A DNA stretch of 64,000 bases. Origin: Eledone cirrhosa (taxonomy: Eukaryota). Where the stretch lies: the NCBI GenBank assembly GCA_964016885.1, contig OZ024744.1:114452001-114516000 (forward strand), read 5' to 3'. How positions within the stretch are numbered: position 1 is the first letter of the stretch; every line of letters begins with the position of its first letter. A model generated the notes under the pieces. That model searched no databases, was not told where the DNA came from, and was given only the letters and a program-made list of their open reading frames with translations. This document shows positions 14,271 through 26,563 of the stretch, piece by piece. The position numbers and the translations under genes are program-made.

Positions 14271-14600
14271 CTACCTGGAGTTGCGACCGATAGATAGTAC
14301 TAGAAACTGGAAAGACCAACGGAAACATTGTTTCCTTGGTCCAATTTGACGAAAGTCGATCGATATTTTATATATATATATATAAGGGATGACAAAATAT
14401 CGTTATAGGTAATCCAGTTAGAGGTTGTGAATACTTCTTATTGTGGATAGTTTTAACGTACGGCGTGGTTTGACTGAACAAGGGGTTTACGTAGGTGGCG
14501 AGTTTATGATTTCTCGGGAATTCCTATGTAAGTTTATCTCGGAGTAATAATATTGAAAGAGTGAAGAATAATATGGTCAACAGTACAAAAAAGGGGGGTT

Positions 14601-14722
14601 TTATTTACAGTCTTAACAATTGTTTCACTGATTAAGTTGTCTAAAAATTGCTGAACACTTGAAGCTGTGCCACTCAATTTTAAATACGTTGCTAGCTTAA
14701 CCAGATCATCGGAGATAAATAA
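14601..14722 (-). ncRNA. Decayed type I hammerhead ribozyme with long stem II insert
   Basis: Minus strand reads ttatttatct-CCGATGA-t-ctggttaag...cttaatcag-t-GAAA-caattg-TT-aagactgtaaataa. Stem III is the palindrome ACAATTGT and the core is mutated. Confidence 0.55.
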
Positions 14723-14869
14723 CTGTTATATGTTCAGTATTTTTACGAATTCAAATTACAGCATCATTAATAATATTAATAATAAAGATAGAGAGAGAAA
14801 AAAAGGAAAAAAGAAAAAGGAGAAAGGAAAACATTATTATTCTTCACTCTTTCAATATATATATATATA

Positions 14870-16308
14870 TTGTGGCAGAAAGGATATTAGCACAACTAAT
14901 TAGAGAAAGGGTCAAACTAGATGAGATGCAGTTTGGTTTTGTGCCTGGGAAAAGTACAACAGATGCCTTCTTCTTAGTGAGACAATTACAAGAGAGGTTC
15001 TTAGAGAAGAATAAGCCACTATACTTAGCCTTTGTTGACCTAGAGAAGGCCTTTGATAGGGTAACCCGATCTGTCAACTGATGGTCCATAAGGAAACTAG
15101 GTGTTGGGGAATGGCTTGTGAGGACAGTGCAAGCTATGTACAGAGGTGCTGTCAGTAAAGTGAGGGTAGGAGTGGAGTTTATTGAGGAATTCCAGATACA
15201 AGTAGGAGTACACCAAGGTTCAGTCCTCAGCCCGCTCTTGTTCATCATAGTCCTCCAAGCCATAACAGAGGAGTTTAAGACTGGTTGTCCATGGGAACTT
15301 CTCTATGCTGACGATCTGGTTCTTATAGCAGAATCAGTAGAGGAGCTAGAGAATAAATTCTGGCTATGGAAACAGCAGTTGGAAGCAAGAGGACTGAGAG
15401 TGAACCTAGCTAAGACAAAAGTGTTGATGAGTAGAAAAGAGGACAAAACTCTGATTCCGTCAGGGAAATGGCCATGTTCGATATGCAGAAAAAGAACTGG
15501 CATAAATTCTATAAAATGCACACAATGCAGATCTTGGGTACACAAGAGATGTAGTGGGATAGCAGACAAACTAACAGGTAGGGAGAAATATGTATGCAGT
15601 AGATGTACAGGGAAATTAGACAGTAGAAGTCGCATTGATAGACACATTTTTCAAATGCAGGCGGGTGCTATAGAAGTGGTGGATAGCTTCCGGTACCTAG
15701 GAGATCAGATTAGCATGGGAGGAGGGTGTTTCGAGGCCATAGTATCTAGAATAAGGACGGGTTGGAAGAAGTTTAGGGAGCTGCTTCCTCTGCTGATGAA
15801 GAAGGGTTTCTCCCTGCGTACGAAAGGCCGGTTATATGATGCCTGTGTGAGGAGCGCGATACTGCATGGTAGTGAGACATGGGCAGCAACTGCAGAGGAT
15901 ATGCGACGGCTGGAGAGAAATGAGGCAAGCATGCTCCGTTGGATGTGCAATGTCAATGTGCGTGAATGACCCAGCATAAATGTGTTGAGAGAGAAACTGT
16001 GTCTGAGAGGGATAGAATGTAGTGTGCGAGAGAGGAGACTGAGGTGGTATGGACATGTGATGCGCATGGAGGATGACTGATGGGTGAAGAAGTGCCAGGA
16101 AATGCCAGTTGAAGGAAGACATGGTAGAGGTAGACCACGAAAAACATGGGCGGAGGTGGTGAGAACAGACCTCATATTGCTGAAGCTCACGGTGGAGATG
16201 ACGAAGGACCGTGACAAGTGGAGAGATGCTGTGCTGAATAAGACCCATCCCACTCTTGCAAGCAGGGAAAAGCGGACGTAAAATGATGATGATGATGATG
16301 ATGATGAT
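14870..16308 (+). mobile_element. RTE-clade LINE, 5'-truncated, with (GAT)n tail
   Basis: Motifs QFGFVPGKSTTDA, FVDLEKAFD, VGVHQGSVLSPLLF, LLYADD and GRGRPRKTW. Several stops. (GAT)n at 16283-16307. Confidence 0.9.
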
Positions 16309-16311
16309 ATA

Positions 16312-16790
16312 TATTGTTATACTTTGGGAGGCTGCCAATTTCTGGTTGGTTGGTTGGTTGGTTTTATTAATTTGGTTAAATCAAAACAAATCAGTCGCAC
16401 AGAGATAGAACAAACAACCAACTAGTGACAAGTAAATAAACACATAAATAAATAAATAAAAACCCGGATGTAACACATGTGCAAACTAAGCACACAGCAC
16501 AGAAAAACAAGATGGTGTAGGAGAGAACAGAGGAGAGACACACAAAATAAAAACCTAGTCACTGAGGAGGTCACAGAATGTGTTACGAAAGATCTTTGAC
16601 AATATATAAACAACTTTCTGGTTATAGAACCAACCAACCAACCAGAAATTCATAATAAATTGAAGTGAAAACCAACAGATGCATGTGTTTTTATTGGCAG
16701 CATGACTCTCCCAAAGTATAACAATATCTGTTTCAACACATGTGTTCAGATAAGAAATCTCACAAAACAAATTAAAAAACGAAATATATA
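16312..16790 (+). mobile_element. Non-coding fold-back element, family H1 (asymmetric inverted ends plus ~60-nt tail, internal hammerhead)
   Basis: TTGTTATACTTTGGGAG at the left is inverted as CTCCCAAAGTATAACAA at ~16708-16724, followed by an unpaired tail into (TA)n. Homologous to 40462-41610. Confidence 0.75.
16557..16601 (+). ncRNA. Minimal type I hammerhead ribozyme
   Basis: gtca-CTGAGGA-g-gtcaca-gaa-tgtgttac-GAAA-gatc-TT-tgac. Stem I is gtca/tgac and stem III is the palindrome AGATCT. Confidence 0.75.
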
Positions 16791-16869
16791 TATAAAAACA
16801 AATATATATATATTTCTCTCTCTCTGTTCTGTTCTTTCTCTCACTTTCCTTCTCTATCTTTCTCTTTCT

Positions 16870-17204
16870 CCGTAACCCAACGGCTTATTTTAAATATCCA
16901 ATACTAATAATATAATTAAGCTACAACTCCACTATCCGGGAGCTTCCACCAGTAATGGTTGCATTATTTAAGGGTATGTCAATATTTATTTATAAAACTG
17001 ATCTATATTATATTTTATCTGATGAAAGCACACCATAATTTAACTTGGTGTCCTTGAAATATGTATAATGAAATAAATATGGTTTTATAAATATAGTTTC
17101 CATTTGTTAATATATCGTATTTTTACTCCAATAATTTGTTGAGTGCTTTAGATCAGTTATAAAAATATTTGCTTGTTGTATCCCAACAATTTAAATAGAA
17201 CTTT

Positions 17205-17206
<2 letters not shown>
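16870..17206 (+). mobile_element. PLE pLTR-like fragment, family H2
   Basis: Contains a hammerhead, is homologous to 51920-52190, and ends in (TA)n. Confidence 0.6.
17011..17075 (+). ncRNA. Type I hammerhead ribozyme
   Basis: tattttat-CTGATGA-aagcacacca...tggtgtcctt-GAAA-tatgta-TA-atgaaata. 8-bp stem I and a stem III that is self-complementary with G-U pairs. Confidence 0.8.
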
Positions 17207-17251
<45 letters not shown>

Positions 17252-17307
17252 CCCATGCTAGCGTGGAAGATAGACGTTAAACAATGATGATGACGATATA
17301 TATACAC

Positions 17308-17378
<71 letters not shown>

Positions 17379-17390
17379 ATATATAGATAG

Positions 17391-17435
<45 letters not shown>

Positions 17436-17517
17436 AGTAGGTGTGTGTGAAATATTTGTGTGCTTTACGTATATAGAATTTACACAGAAAAAAAAATTTA
17501 CAAAATGTTTTACTTAC

Positions 17518-17720
17518 TTAAGTGTATTTTTTGGTAAAATATTTTTGCTTTCAATATTTTCAATAGCCATTAGTGCCGCACCGAAGTTTGTATCATAGTT
17601 ATATAATGACTGATATTCAGTCATTGGTATCAAAAGACCAATTTTAAAAGTTTGACTCGTTTTATTTGTGGCAGCAGAGTGTGTTAATATTATGATAAAT
17701 GTGATTGCTTGAAGAAACAT
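17518..17720 (-). CDS. First coding exon of a host membrane receptor with an ANF-receptor-type ectodomain (probable receptor guanylyl cyclase, NPR-like)
   Basis: Signal peptide MFLQAITFIIILTHSAA, then FKIGLLIP...GAALMAIENI...ILP..L as in ANF_receptor N-termini. The ORF ends exactly at a consensus donor AA|GTAAGT (intron starts at 17517, phase 2). Confidence 0.75.
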
Positions 17721-18444
17721 CGTTCTGGGTGAGTTGATGCTGTTATATTTTCATTCACAGTCTTTGAATTTGTTTGATAACCAGAAGAAATTAATATAAA
17801 ATATAATCTTCAGACCCGAATATAAATATATGAGGGAAAAACTTCTGTGGAGATTAATTTCCAAAAACCAGCTACATTAATCCTGATAAAGATTCAATAA
17901 TCTTTTTTGTATTATGATTTTTCATAATTCTGCTAAATTCTGTTAAATTTTCAAAGATGAAAAGTGATTGTAGACAAAATCAAAAGAAATTCTTTTATAT
18001 TTGTATTTTTATACTTAAAGAATATTCTTGTAGAAACTCTCTGGTGATGGAAAATTCACAGGCAACATGAGATTATTTTAGTGTTTGCTACAGATAAACT
18101 TAATATTACTTTCTAGTTATGTAGCTTGTTACCTCCTTACATTCAATAATGTTATAATTGTGTCTACTTTTGGCACAAGGCCAGCAATTATCCCAGTGTA
18201 TTAGTTACTTATTGAGTAGGGCTCCTCAGTGCAGGGAAGCTTGTCTTGCACATCAATATAGCTTTGTTTACAATTTCTGTTTTTATTGTCAATAAAGAGA
18301 AACTAAAATGGAAGCATTTCTTGTATTGAATTTCTTTGAAGAGAAAAGACCAGCAATGATGGAAACAGAACTACAAAGACAATGGGGAAACAATGGACTA
18401 CAGTATAGTAATGGTATGAATGGAGGAGGGGGTAGGAGGAGGGG

Positions 18445-18593
18445 GAAGAAGAAGAAGAAGGAGAAGGAGAAGGAGAAGAAGAAGAAGAAGAAGAAGAAGA
18501 AGAAGAAGAAGAAGAAGAAGAAGAAGAAGAAGAAGAAGAAGAAGAAGAAGAAGAAGAAGAAGAAGAAGAAGAAGAAGAAGAAGAAGAAGAAGA
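18445..18593. repeat. (GAA)n microsatellite
   Basis: Direct reading. Confidence 0.95.
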
Positions 18594-18737
18594 GTGGAGG
18601 AGTGTTTTAAGCAGCATTCAATGATTGACGGAACATGTATATTTAAACTATTGTCCTTGACAACCTGATAGCTAAAAGATATCTTTCATTATCCATACTT
18701 GAGAAAAATTCGTTTTAGCTTGTTTCAATATTTTACA

Positions 18738-21700
18738 TTATTATTCTTTGAATCTCAGTCATTGATGTTGGTTAACTGGAAAGTTTGTTGAAATGAATAT
18801 CAAGCCGCTACCTGCAGCCTCACATATTCAGGACGTATCGGAGGGTTCTTGCTGTTCCCAGCAAGCATGCCTTTTGAAGTGTTCCAAAAAGCGGGGCTGG
18901 ACTAATTTTCTTTAACCATCCTTGGAAACTCTTTGAGATAGTCCCTAGTGCGCCTATGAAAATTGGGACCACTTTGATTTCATGGCAGTTCCAAATCCTT
19001 TTTACCTCCCACTTTAAGTCCTGGTATCGGTTAATTTTCTCCCTCTCCTTTTCTTACACTCTCGTGTCGAATGGGCAGGCTACATCTACAATCAGGCACA
19101 ATCTTTTTTCCTTGTCCAAAACCACCAGGTCAGGTCTATTGTGTTCCAGTTTCTTGTCCGTCTGTATCCCAAAATCCCATAGAGCCTTCACCTGATCGTT
19201 TTCTATCACCGACTCTGGCTTATGCTCATACCACTTCTCAGAATGTGGTAAATTCTTTACTTTGCATAGATGCCAGTGGATCACCCTGCCCATCACATCA
19301 TGTCTCCAGCCTTTATAGTGAGTCTGGGCTAGGTGTTTACACTCGGATACGATGTGAGCCACAGTCACCTCTCTCTCTCCACAGATCCTACACAGTGGCC
19401 TAGCCTCCTCCTTGTAAATATGGTGTTCCACTCACTTCGTTTTGAGGGCCTGCTCTTGCGCAGCCATTCCTTCTGTAGCCTTTTTAAGGTCTCCTCTTTT
19501 CAACCAGTACCATGTCTGTGGATCTCTGAATTCAGTTTTCTCAAAGAAGGTACTATGAAGGGATTTTTAATGAAGGTTGCTCTTCCTCCTTGTTGTTATT
19601 TCCTCCTTGGACATCCCCTGGTCTATTGTCCTCTCCTTCAGTACAATTCTGAGCATTGGCTCCCTACTGTCAGCCATGTATTTGTGCAGGTTGTTTTCTC
19701 CATCCGAACACAGTCCTCCATGCTGATAAGACCTCTTCCACCTTCAGATCTCCTTAAGTAGTGTCTATCAACATCACTCCTCTTGTGGAACATGTTGTAG
19801 ATAGTCAATAGCTTCCTAGTCTTCCTATCCATTTCTTTTTGTTCAGCAACATTCCATTTCAGAATTCCCGCACTGTACCTAATAATAGACACAGCTCGGG
19901 AATTCACTGCACTTATGACATTCCTACTATTCAGATGTAATTTTAATACGCTCCTTACTCTATAATGTATTCAGATCTTATCAATTCCTTCATTCTTTTG
20001 TTCTTGATGTCATCTGCCTCCAGAACACCCAAATACTTGTATCCTTCTTCAGTGTTAATTTCCTTTAATTTCCTGTTGGTACCTGGATTCCGTTACTTCT
20101 GCTCAACTTACCCCTCTTCATCACAAGGACTCCACACTTACTAATACCAAATTGCATACATATATCATTGCTGAAAATACATACAGTGTCAACAAGCACA
20201 TCCAACTCCTTCTCACTCTTCCCGAAGAGCTTAAGATCGTCCATGAAGCGGAGGTGATTGATGGTAAGCTCTCCTTTTCCCAACTTGTATCCTGCTGTCA
20301 CTTTTCGCAGTATAATGGTCAGGGGCATCAGGGGAAGGACAAACAACAGAGGGGACAGACTATCTCCCTGGAAGATACCTCTCTTGATCTTCACGCCTCC
20401 CAAGGATTCTTCACCCGATGTTAACTCTGTTTTCCAGGACTTCATACTTTTGCCCAACAACTGTCTGATGTTATCTGCCACCTTGAAGATCTCCAGGCTT
20501 TTGGTTATCCAAGAATGAGGCACCATGTCGAATGCCTTTTTATATCTATCCATCCCATGGCAAGACCACTGTGTCTCCTCTTGTCACTAAGTAACTGGTC
20601 CTTTGTAAAAACGGGACTTCTTTCGGCATCCTTTCTGTTCGTCCGGTAATAAGTTGTTTATGTGGAGGTGATGGTAGATTTCCTCAGACACAATGCTTGT
20701 TAACAGTTTCCACATTACGGACAGACATGTGATAGGTCTATAGTTGGTAACCTCATTACCCTAGATTCGGTCTTTCATTATCAGAACTGTGGTACCTTTT
20801 GTCAACCACTCTGGTACCTCACCTGATATCAAGCAGTCATTGAACATGGTTGTCAGTTTCGGGTGGAGGGATGTTATATTTTTAATCCAATCCCCTGCAC
20901 ACCATCTGGGTCTGGTGATTTCCAGTTGGTTAGTTTTTTGGCCTGCCCTTTAAGAGTTTCAACTGTGATACTCAAATCAGCTTGTTGGTGTGCCTGTTCA
21001 CTAATATCCTTCTGTACTGTCTCAATCCACACTGCCTGGTCATTATGTTTAACATCCTGCTCCCATATTCCTCTCCAGAATATTTTAGTTTGTTCCGCCT
21101 CAGGGATCAAGTCGTTGCCTCTTTCTTTCCCCTCAAGCTGTCCAAACAGCATCTTCTGGTTGTTGTCGAACATGCGGTTCTGTTTATACTGACTGACTCT
21201 GTTCTCGTATCGCCTGATTTTTGCACTCTTTGCTACAATGCGTTGCTTCAGTTCCTCTATGATAATATTTAGCTTTTTCCTCCTAGTTTTGTACTTTATT
21301 TCCAGTCTATTTTCTCATTTCTCATTTCCCCGATTTGACCACTCAGTCGTTTCTTCCACCACGGCTCTGCTCTTTCTTGTCTGTTGTTTCCTCTCGCTTT
21401 TATACCAAGTAGTTTCCTCACCGTATTTGCTGTTGCTTTGAGGATATTGTTGCACCGGTGAAGGCTCCTCGCCTCAAGGTATGGGATGACTTTGTTTACC
21501 TTAGCTGTTGTTTCTTTTAACTTTTTCCTGTCTACAAATCTTAGGTTCATAGGTCTCCCACTATCATTGTTCAATTCATCTACCACTAAGTTTAGGATAT
21601 CTACCAAATCTTGTCCTAGCCCGTCAGCATTCATCTCCTCAGTGGCCGTATCTCTGTTCCAGGTATTATTTATTTCAGCATTCAGATCATTGTCTGCTTC

Positions 21701-22283
21701 GGGTGGTTCCTCCGTTCTCTCGACCTCTTCACCTTCATTTCCCACTGGCTCGTTTGCCTGGCATACTTCACCCTCCATTTCCAAGTTAATCTCTCTGCAC
21801 AGTTCCTCCAGTTCCAGCTCGCTTATCCACCCATTAGTTCTTATTACTCCAGCCTGCCCGACCAATTTTTTTTCATCTAATTTAAATTGAGCAATCTCGT
21901 TCCAGATGTTATGCATCCGTCTCCTATAGCCTTTCTCCTTGGGGTTACTCTTCAGGTAACATTGCATAACAGTTCTATTCAATTCTTTCGTCCAGTTGGT
22001 TCTGGTCCCTTTCCTTCTTCTTCCTCCGACACCAGCAGTATTTGGTTGACAGCCAGGTCCCTGCTGCTGAGCCAGGGAGCACCTGTTGGGTGAGAGTCTG
22101 TCACATGACATTCTAGTCTCCATTTCACCGTTATTCGAACTGTTTAGTTTCGACATTTAAACACTCTTATCGAGGATTGGTGAATGTATGGTTACATAAC
22201 CACCGGTGATTTCATCTCCTCCGGTGATTTCGTCACTCCCGGTGATATTTGTGTGGCATTATCACGTTGTAGACGAACATAAA
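18738..22283 (-). mobile_element. Decayed near-full-length R4/Dong-like element, family C
   Basis: Minus ORFs run from 22156 (MSKLN..WTKELN..MQCY) through GIFQGDSLSPLLF, FMDDLKLF, CRICGEREVTVAHIVSEC, RHD and RPDLVV. Both ends abut TAA/TTA tracts. Confidence 0.88.
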
Positions 22284-22284
22284 T

Positions 22285-22505
22285 ATTATTATTATTATTG
22301 TTGTTATTACTCTTTGAGTCTCAGTCGTTGATGTTAGTTAACTGGAAAGTTTGTTGAAATGAATATCAAGCCACTACCTGCAGCCTCACATATTCAGGAC
22401 GTATCGGAGGGTTCTTGCTGTTCCCAGCAAGCATGCCTTTTGAAGCGTTCCAAAAAGCGTGAAGGGGCCAATTTTCTTTAACCATCCCTGGAAACTTTTT
22501 GAGAT
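22285..22505 (-). mobile_element. Family C 3'-end fragment
   Basis: Near copy of 18745-18940 (LQKACLLGTARTLRYVLN plus 3' UTR) with a TAA tail. Confidence 0.85.
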
Positions 22506-22507
22506 AT

Positions 22508-24171
22508 ATTATTATAGTTGCATTTATCTTGCTTTATGTTCATACGAGTTATCACCAAGTCACAACCAGTGACCTCAAGAGACAACAAGGTCCGCCATGT
22601 TCAAGAAAGAACATACATATTCACACATGCATCTTTAGTGTTTAGACTTGTGATGTACTTATATTGACAGAATCTTCCTTAGTATATGGGCAGTTCCCAT
22701 TAGTACTATCTTTTGTATTTCTCCTATACGCGGGTTTCCTGGGATTTGCGATATGTAATCATTAGACCCCTTAGGTATCATTCCCAGAGCGCCTACAACC
22801 ACTGGTATTGTTCTAGTTGTCAATTTCCACATTTTTCCAATTTCTATCTCCAGGTCCTTATACTTGCTCAATTTTTCAAATGTTTTTATAGATACATTCT
22901 TGTCTATTGGAACAGACATATCAATTAGCAGGCATACCCTCTTTTGAAAGTCCTTCAGTATTATATCAGGTCTGTATGCATCTATTTTTCGGTCTGTTTG
23001 GATGCTAAAGTTCCACAAGATTGAGATGTGATCTTTTTCAAGTATGGGAGGTGGTTGATGCTCCCACCAATTCTTTTGATGGGGCAGGTCAAAATGCTTA
23101 CACATTATCCAATGTATGTATTGTGCAGCTCTGTCATGCCTGTTTAGGTATTCGGTTGGAGCTATCGGACTGCACATTGAAATTATATGGTCAATGGTCT
23201 CTGGTTGTTTTTTGCATACACGGCATAATGGGCAGCACCCATTTTTTATTATGTTGGCTTGGTAATTTTTTGTTGGCAGACACTGATCTTGTGCTGATAT
23301 AATCAGTCCTTCAGTCTCCGATTTCAGTCCAGAGGATGCCAACCACTGATGGGTTAAAGTTTTGTCAACATCAGGATTGTTAGCTCGCTCTGGGTATTTT
23401 CCATACAGAGGCTTTTCTTGCCATTTCTTAGCCTGTTTCTGTAGCAGTTCTTTCTTTGCAGTTACTTTTACCTGCTTTGCTTTTTCTGTGTTTTCCATTT
23501 CAGCAGTAAATGGGACTTCTGAAATTTGTAGTCCATTACTGTATCTTTGTGCATCTTTTGTAATGGAATATGATCTTTTGATGCTTTCGTGTTTCAAAAC
23601 GAGTTTGATCATCCAATCATGTGATTCCCTTAGATATGTAGATAATCCAATTGTTGCAGTTTTCAACGCAATGTCTAACTGGATTAACCCACGTCCTCCT
23701 TCTTTCCTAGGGAGATATATTCTATCTATATCTGCCTTAGGGTGATGCATTCTGTGCATGGTTAAGAATTTTCGAATTTTTGTATCGAGCCTACGGATCT
23801 CTGTGCTTGACCAGTTGATGACATTGTAACTGTAGGTTACTATTGGTATGGCAAGCGTGTTTATGGCATCGATCCTATTCCTTGCATTCAATTCCGTTCT
23901 TAAGATTGCTCTTACTCTGCGGTAACATTCCTTCCTTATCCTTTCCCTCATTGTCGAGTGCTTGATTCCGTCTCCTTCACAAACACCTAGATATTTGTAA
24001 GTTTTTTCTTGATCAAGTTCTCTTATCACGTTCCCCCGATCAAGATTAATGTCTGAACTCTTCAGCAGCTTTCCTCTGGTGAACGTTGCTTTGGTGCATT
24101 TATCTAGTCCAAACTCCATTTTAATGTCATCACTGAACTGCTCCACAGTGGATAATAGCCCTTGCAATTGT

Positions 24172-24175
<4 letters not shown>
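22508..24175 (-). mobile_element. 5'-truncated family A Dong-like copy
   Basis: ORF 22659-24167 is nearly identical to 4498-6045 but keeps the CCHC His (DHIISMC). TAA tracts on both sides. Confidence 0.9.
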
Positions 24176-24215
<40 letters not shown>

Positions 24216-24221
24216 GTTGTT

Positions 24222-24472
24222 ATTCCTTGAATCTCAGTCATTGATGTTGGTTAACTGGAATGTCCGTTGGAATGAATATCAAGCCACTACCTGCAGCCTC
24301 AGATATTCAGGACGTATCGGAGGGTTCTTGCTGTTCCCAGCAAGCATGCCTTTTGAAGCGTTCCAAAAAGCGTGAAGGAGCCGATTTTCTTTAACCATCC
24401 CTGGAAACTTTTGGAGATAGTCCCCAGTGCGCCTATGACAATCGGGATCACTTTGACTTCATGGCAGTTCCA
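24222..24472 (-). mobile_element. Family C 3'-end fragment inside (TTA)n
   Basis: VIPIVIGALGTI..LQKACLLGTARTLRYVLNI, with (TTA)n at 24175-24221 and 24473-24519. Confidence 0.85.
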
Positions 24473-24522
<50 letters not shown>

Positions 24523-24614
24523 TTTCCTTTGATTTCACTTTATATGCAATGACTACCAAATATCAATCAGATACTTAGGGAACGTTTCGTTGGTTTTGAC
24601 AGTTTTCGATAGCT

Positions 24615-25400
24615 TTTTTCCTTGTACAACAACTACAGGAGAAGTACCTAGCTAAAAGTAAACCCCTCTACTTAGCTTTTGTTGACTTGGAGAAAGCCTT
24701 TGACAGAGTCCCCTGCTCCATTATCCGGTAAGCTATCTAAGAATGTAGATTTTATATGTGGCCGATGCTCAGGTGCAATAAGTAGCAAGTGCCCACAGGA
24801 TACTAGTTCCTTCTATTGTCCAGATGGTTCTATAGAAATAGTGGACACCTTCCGTTACCTGGGTGACAAAATCAGCAGTGGGGGAGGGTGCTCGGAAAGT
24901 ACAGTAGCCAGAGTCAGAACGGGATGGAAAAAGTTCAGAGTGCTTATACCACTATTGGCCGCTAAAGGGTTCTCTCTAAAATGAAAGGCAGGCTGTATGA
25001 TGCCTGTATATGAACAGCAATGTTACATGGCAGTGTGACATGGGCATTGTGTGCAGAGGACCTGTGCAGACTGGAGAGGAACAAAGCCTGCATACTCCGT
25101 TGGATGTGTAATAGTAATATACGTGAACGGCAAAGCATAAATGAACTAAGTGAGAAATTAGGAATAAGAGGGATCAGATGTTGTTTACTTGAGAGAAGAC
25201 TACTTTTGTATGGTCACGTGATGCACATGAAAGAGGACAGCTGTATAAAAAAAGTAGAGTAGGTAGACCCAGAAAAACCTGGGACAATTTGATAAATTCC
25301 GACCTTACACACTTACACTTCTCTGAGACAATGTCACTGGGCTGAGATCTTTGGCACTACGCAGTAATACAGAAGACCAGCCTTGCCTATGTACAAAGTG
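24615..25400 (+). mobile_element. Internally deleted RTE fragment
   Basis: Closely similar to 62915-64000, with a deletion after CTCCATTATC (~24725). Confidence 0.8.
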
Positions 25401-25779
25401 AAACCTACAGTCAGTAGGCACCTCTTAACCAAATATACACCCCCCCATCCCACTACTTCTACTCCCCACAATTGCGTGTGTATCGTAACTTTCAATGAAA
25501 AAAAAAAAAAAAAATTCACTGTTGTCAAATAATTTACTTTCACTTTCCCAGAACACTTTCTTAACGTATGCCATTATTATCCTCCTCGGCATCATCATTA
25601 TCATTATCATGTTGCTTTATTATCTTCACAATCGTACACGACCGGGCTCCAAAACTATGGTTCCACCGTGTGATAGGTTGGGCTCCGAAAATGTGGTTCC
25701 ATTGTGAGACAGGTTTGGCACAGCCAACTGGCCTGTCCCTCCTCATAATGGAGCCATCCAGTTCCACACTGTAAATGTG

Positions 25780-25952
25780 GTTGGTGTTAGGAAGGGCATC
25801 CAGCTGCAAAATACCCAGCCAAATTTACAGTCCTTGCCGGAGCAAGGTGTGACGCTTGGCTAGCCCTGGCCAGACTTGCCTCAAGGCGTGGACAACCCAT
25901 TTAACCCATGCAAGCGTGGAAAAATTGACGTTAAACAGTGATGATGATGATC
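25780..25952 (+). mobile_element. SINE 3' part with RTE-like tail
   Basis: GGTTGGTGTTAGGAAGGGCATCCAGCTG...ACCCATGCAAGCGTGGAAAA..GACGTTAAA(GAT)n. The tail resembles the RTE end at 16240-16308. Shorter tails occur at 17250-17297 (+) and 40258-40305 (-). Confidence 0.65.
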
Positions 25953-26224
25953 ATCATCATCATCACTGTCATGTTGTTGTTGTTGTTGTTGTTGTTGTCC
26001 CCTCTTCCATTCATTACACAATTCGAAGAGAAAGAAGGAGTTGAATTATGAATGTTTTATTCCAGACTTTAACAGACATCGATCTCTCTTCTTCTCTTTT
26101 AATAAACCAAATTAAGAAGTAAAAATGGAGAAACTGTTATGTTGGTTTGTGAGTGGACTAAGTTGAAAGAGAGAAGATTATATTACCTTGACAGAAGTTA
26201 TACTATTAGGTTGGCCATGAATAG

Positions 26225-26563
26225 TGTAGCAGGAGTTATCTCCCTGGTTGTGACACTCACAACCCCAATAGATTACACCATCTAGACAGGAAGTAGAACC
26301 CTTTCTGTAACTTCCGGTCAGAACCCTATAAATCTAACAACTTTAAGTTCTCACTCTCTCATTTGCCCTTCCGGCGCCTGGCCTTCGCCAGGCGTCTGCT
26401 GCCAGCCGCGTTTGTCTGGCAATCAAAACGGTAACTAATAACTTTGTTTCATTCTTTCGTTTATTCATTGACATGTCAACTATACTGTTAAATTGTTGAT
26501 TAAATATTATACACACAAACCATGTCTCCTTGTTACATTCATACACCCCAGTATCTCGCTATA
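26225..26563 (+). mobile_element. Solo LTR (339 bp) with 5-bp TSD AATAG
   Basis: AATAG|TGTAGC...GCTATA|AATAG (terminal CA mutated to TA). TATA-like CCTATAAAT at ~26325, GC hairpin at ~26373-26396, ATTAAA at ~26499. Confidence 0.75.

Noticed and set aside
18303-18668. Poly-K/R/S ORFs (also 49538-51395 and 59627-59983)
   Set aside because: Microsatellite translations.
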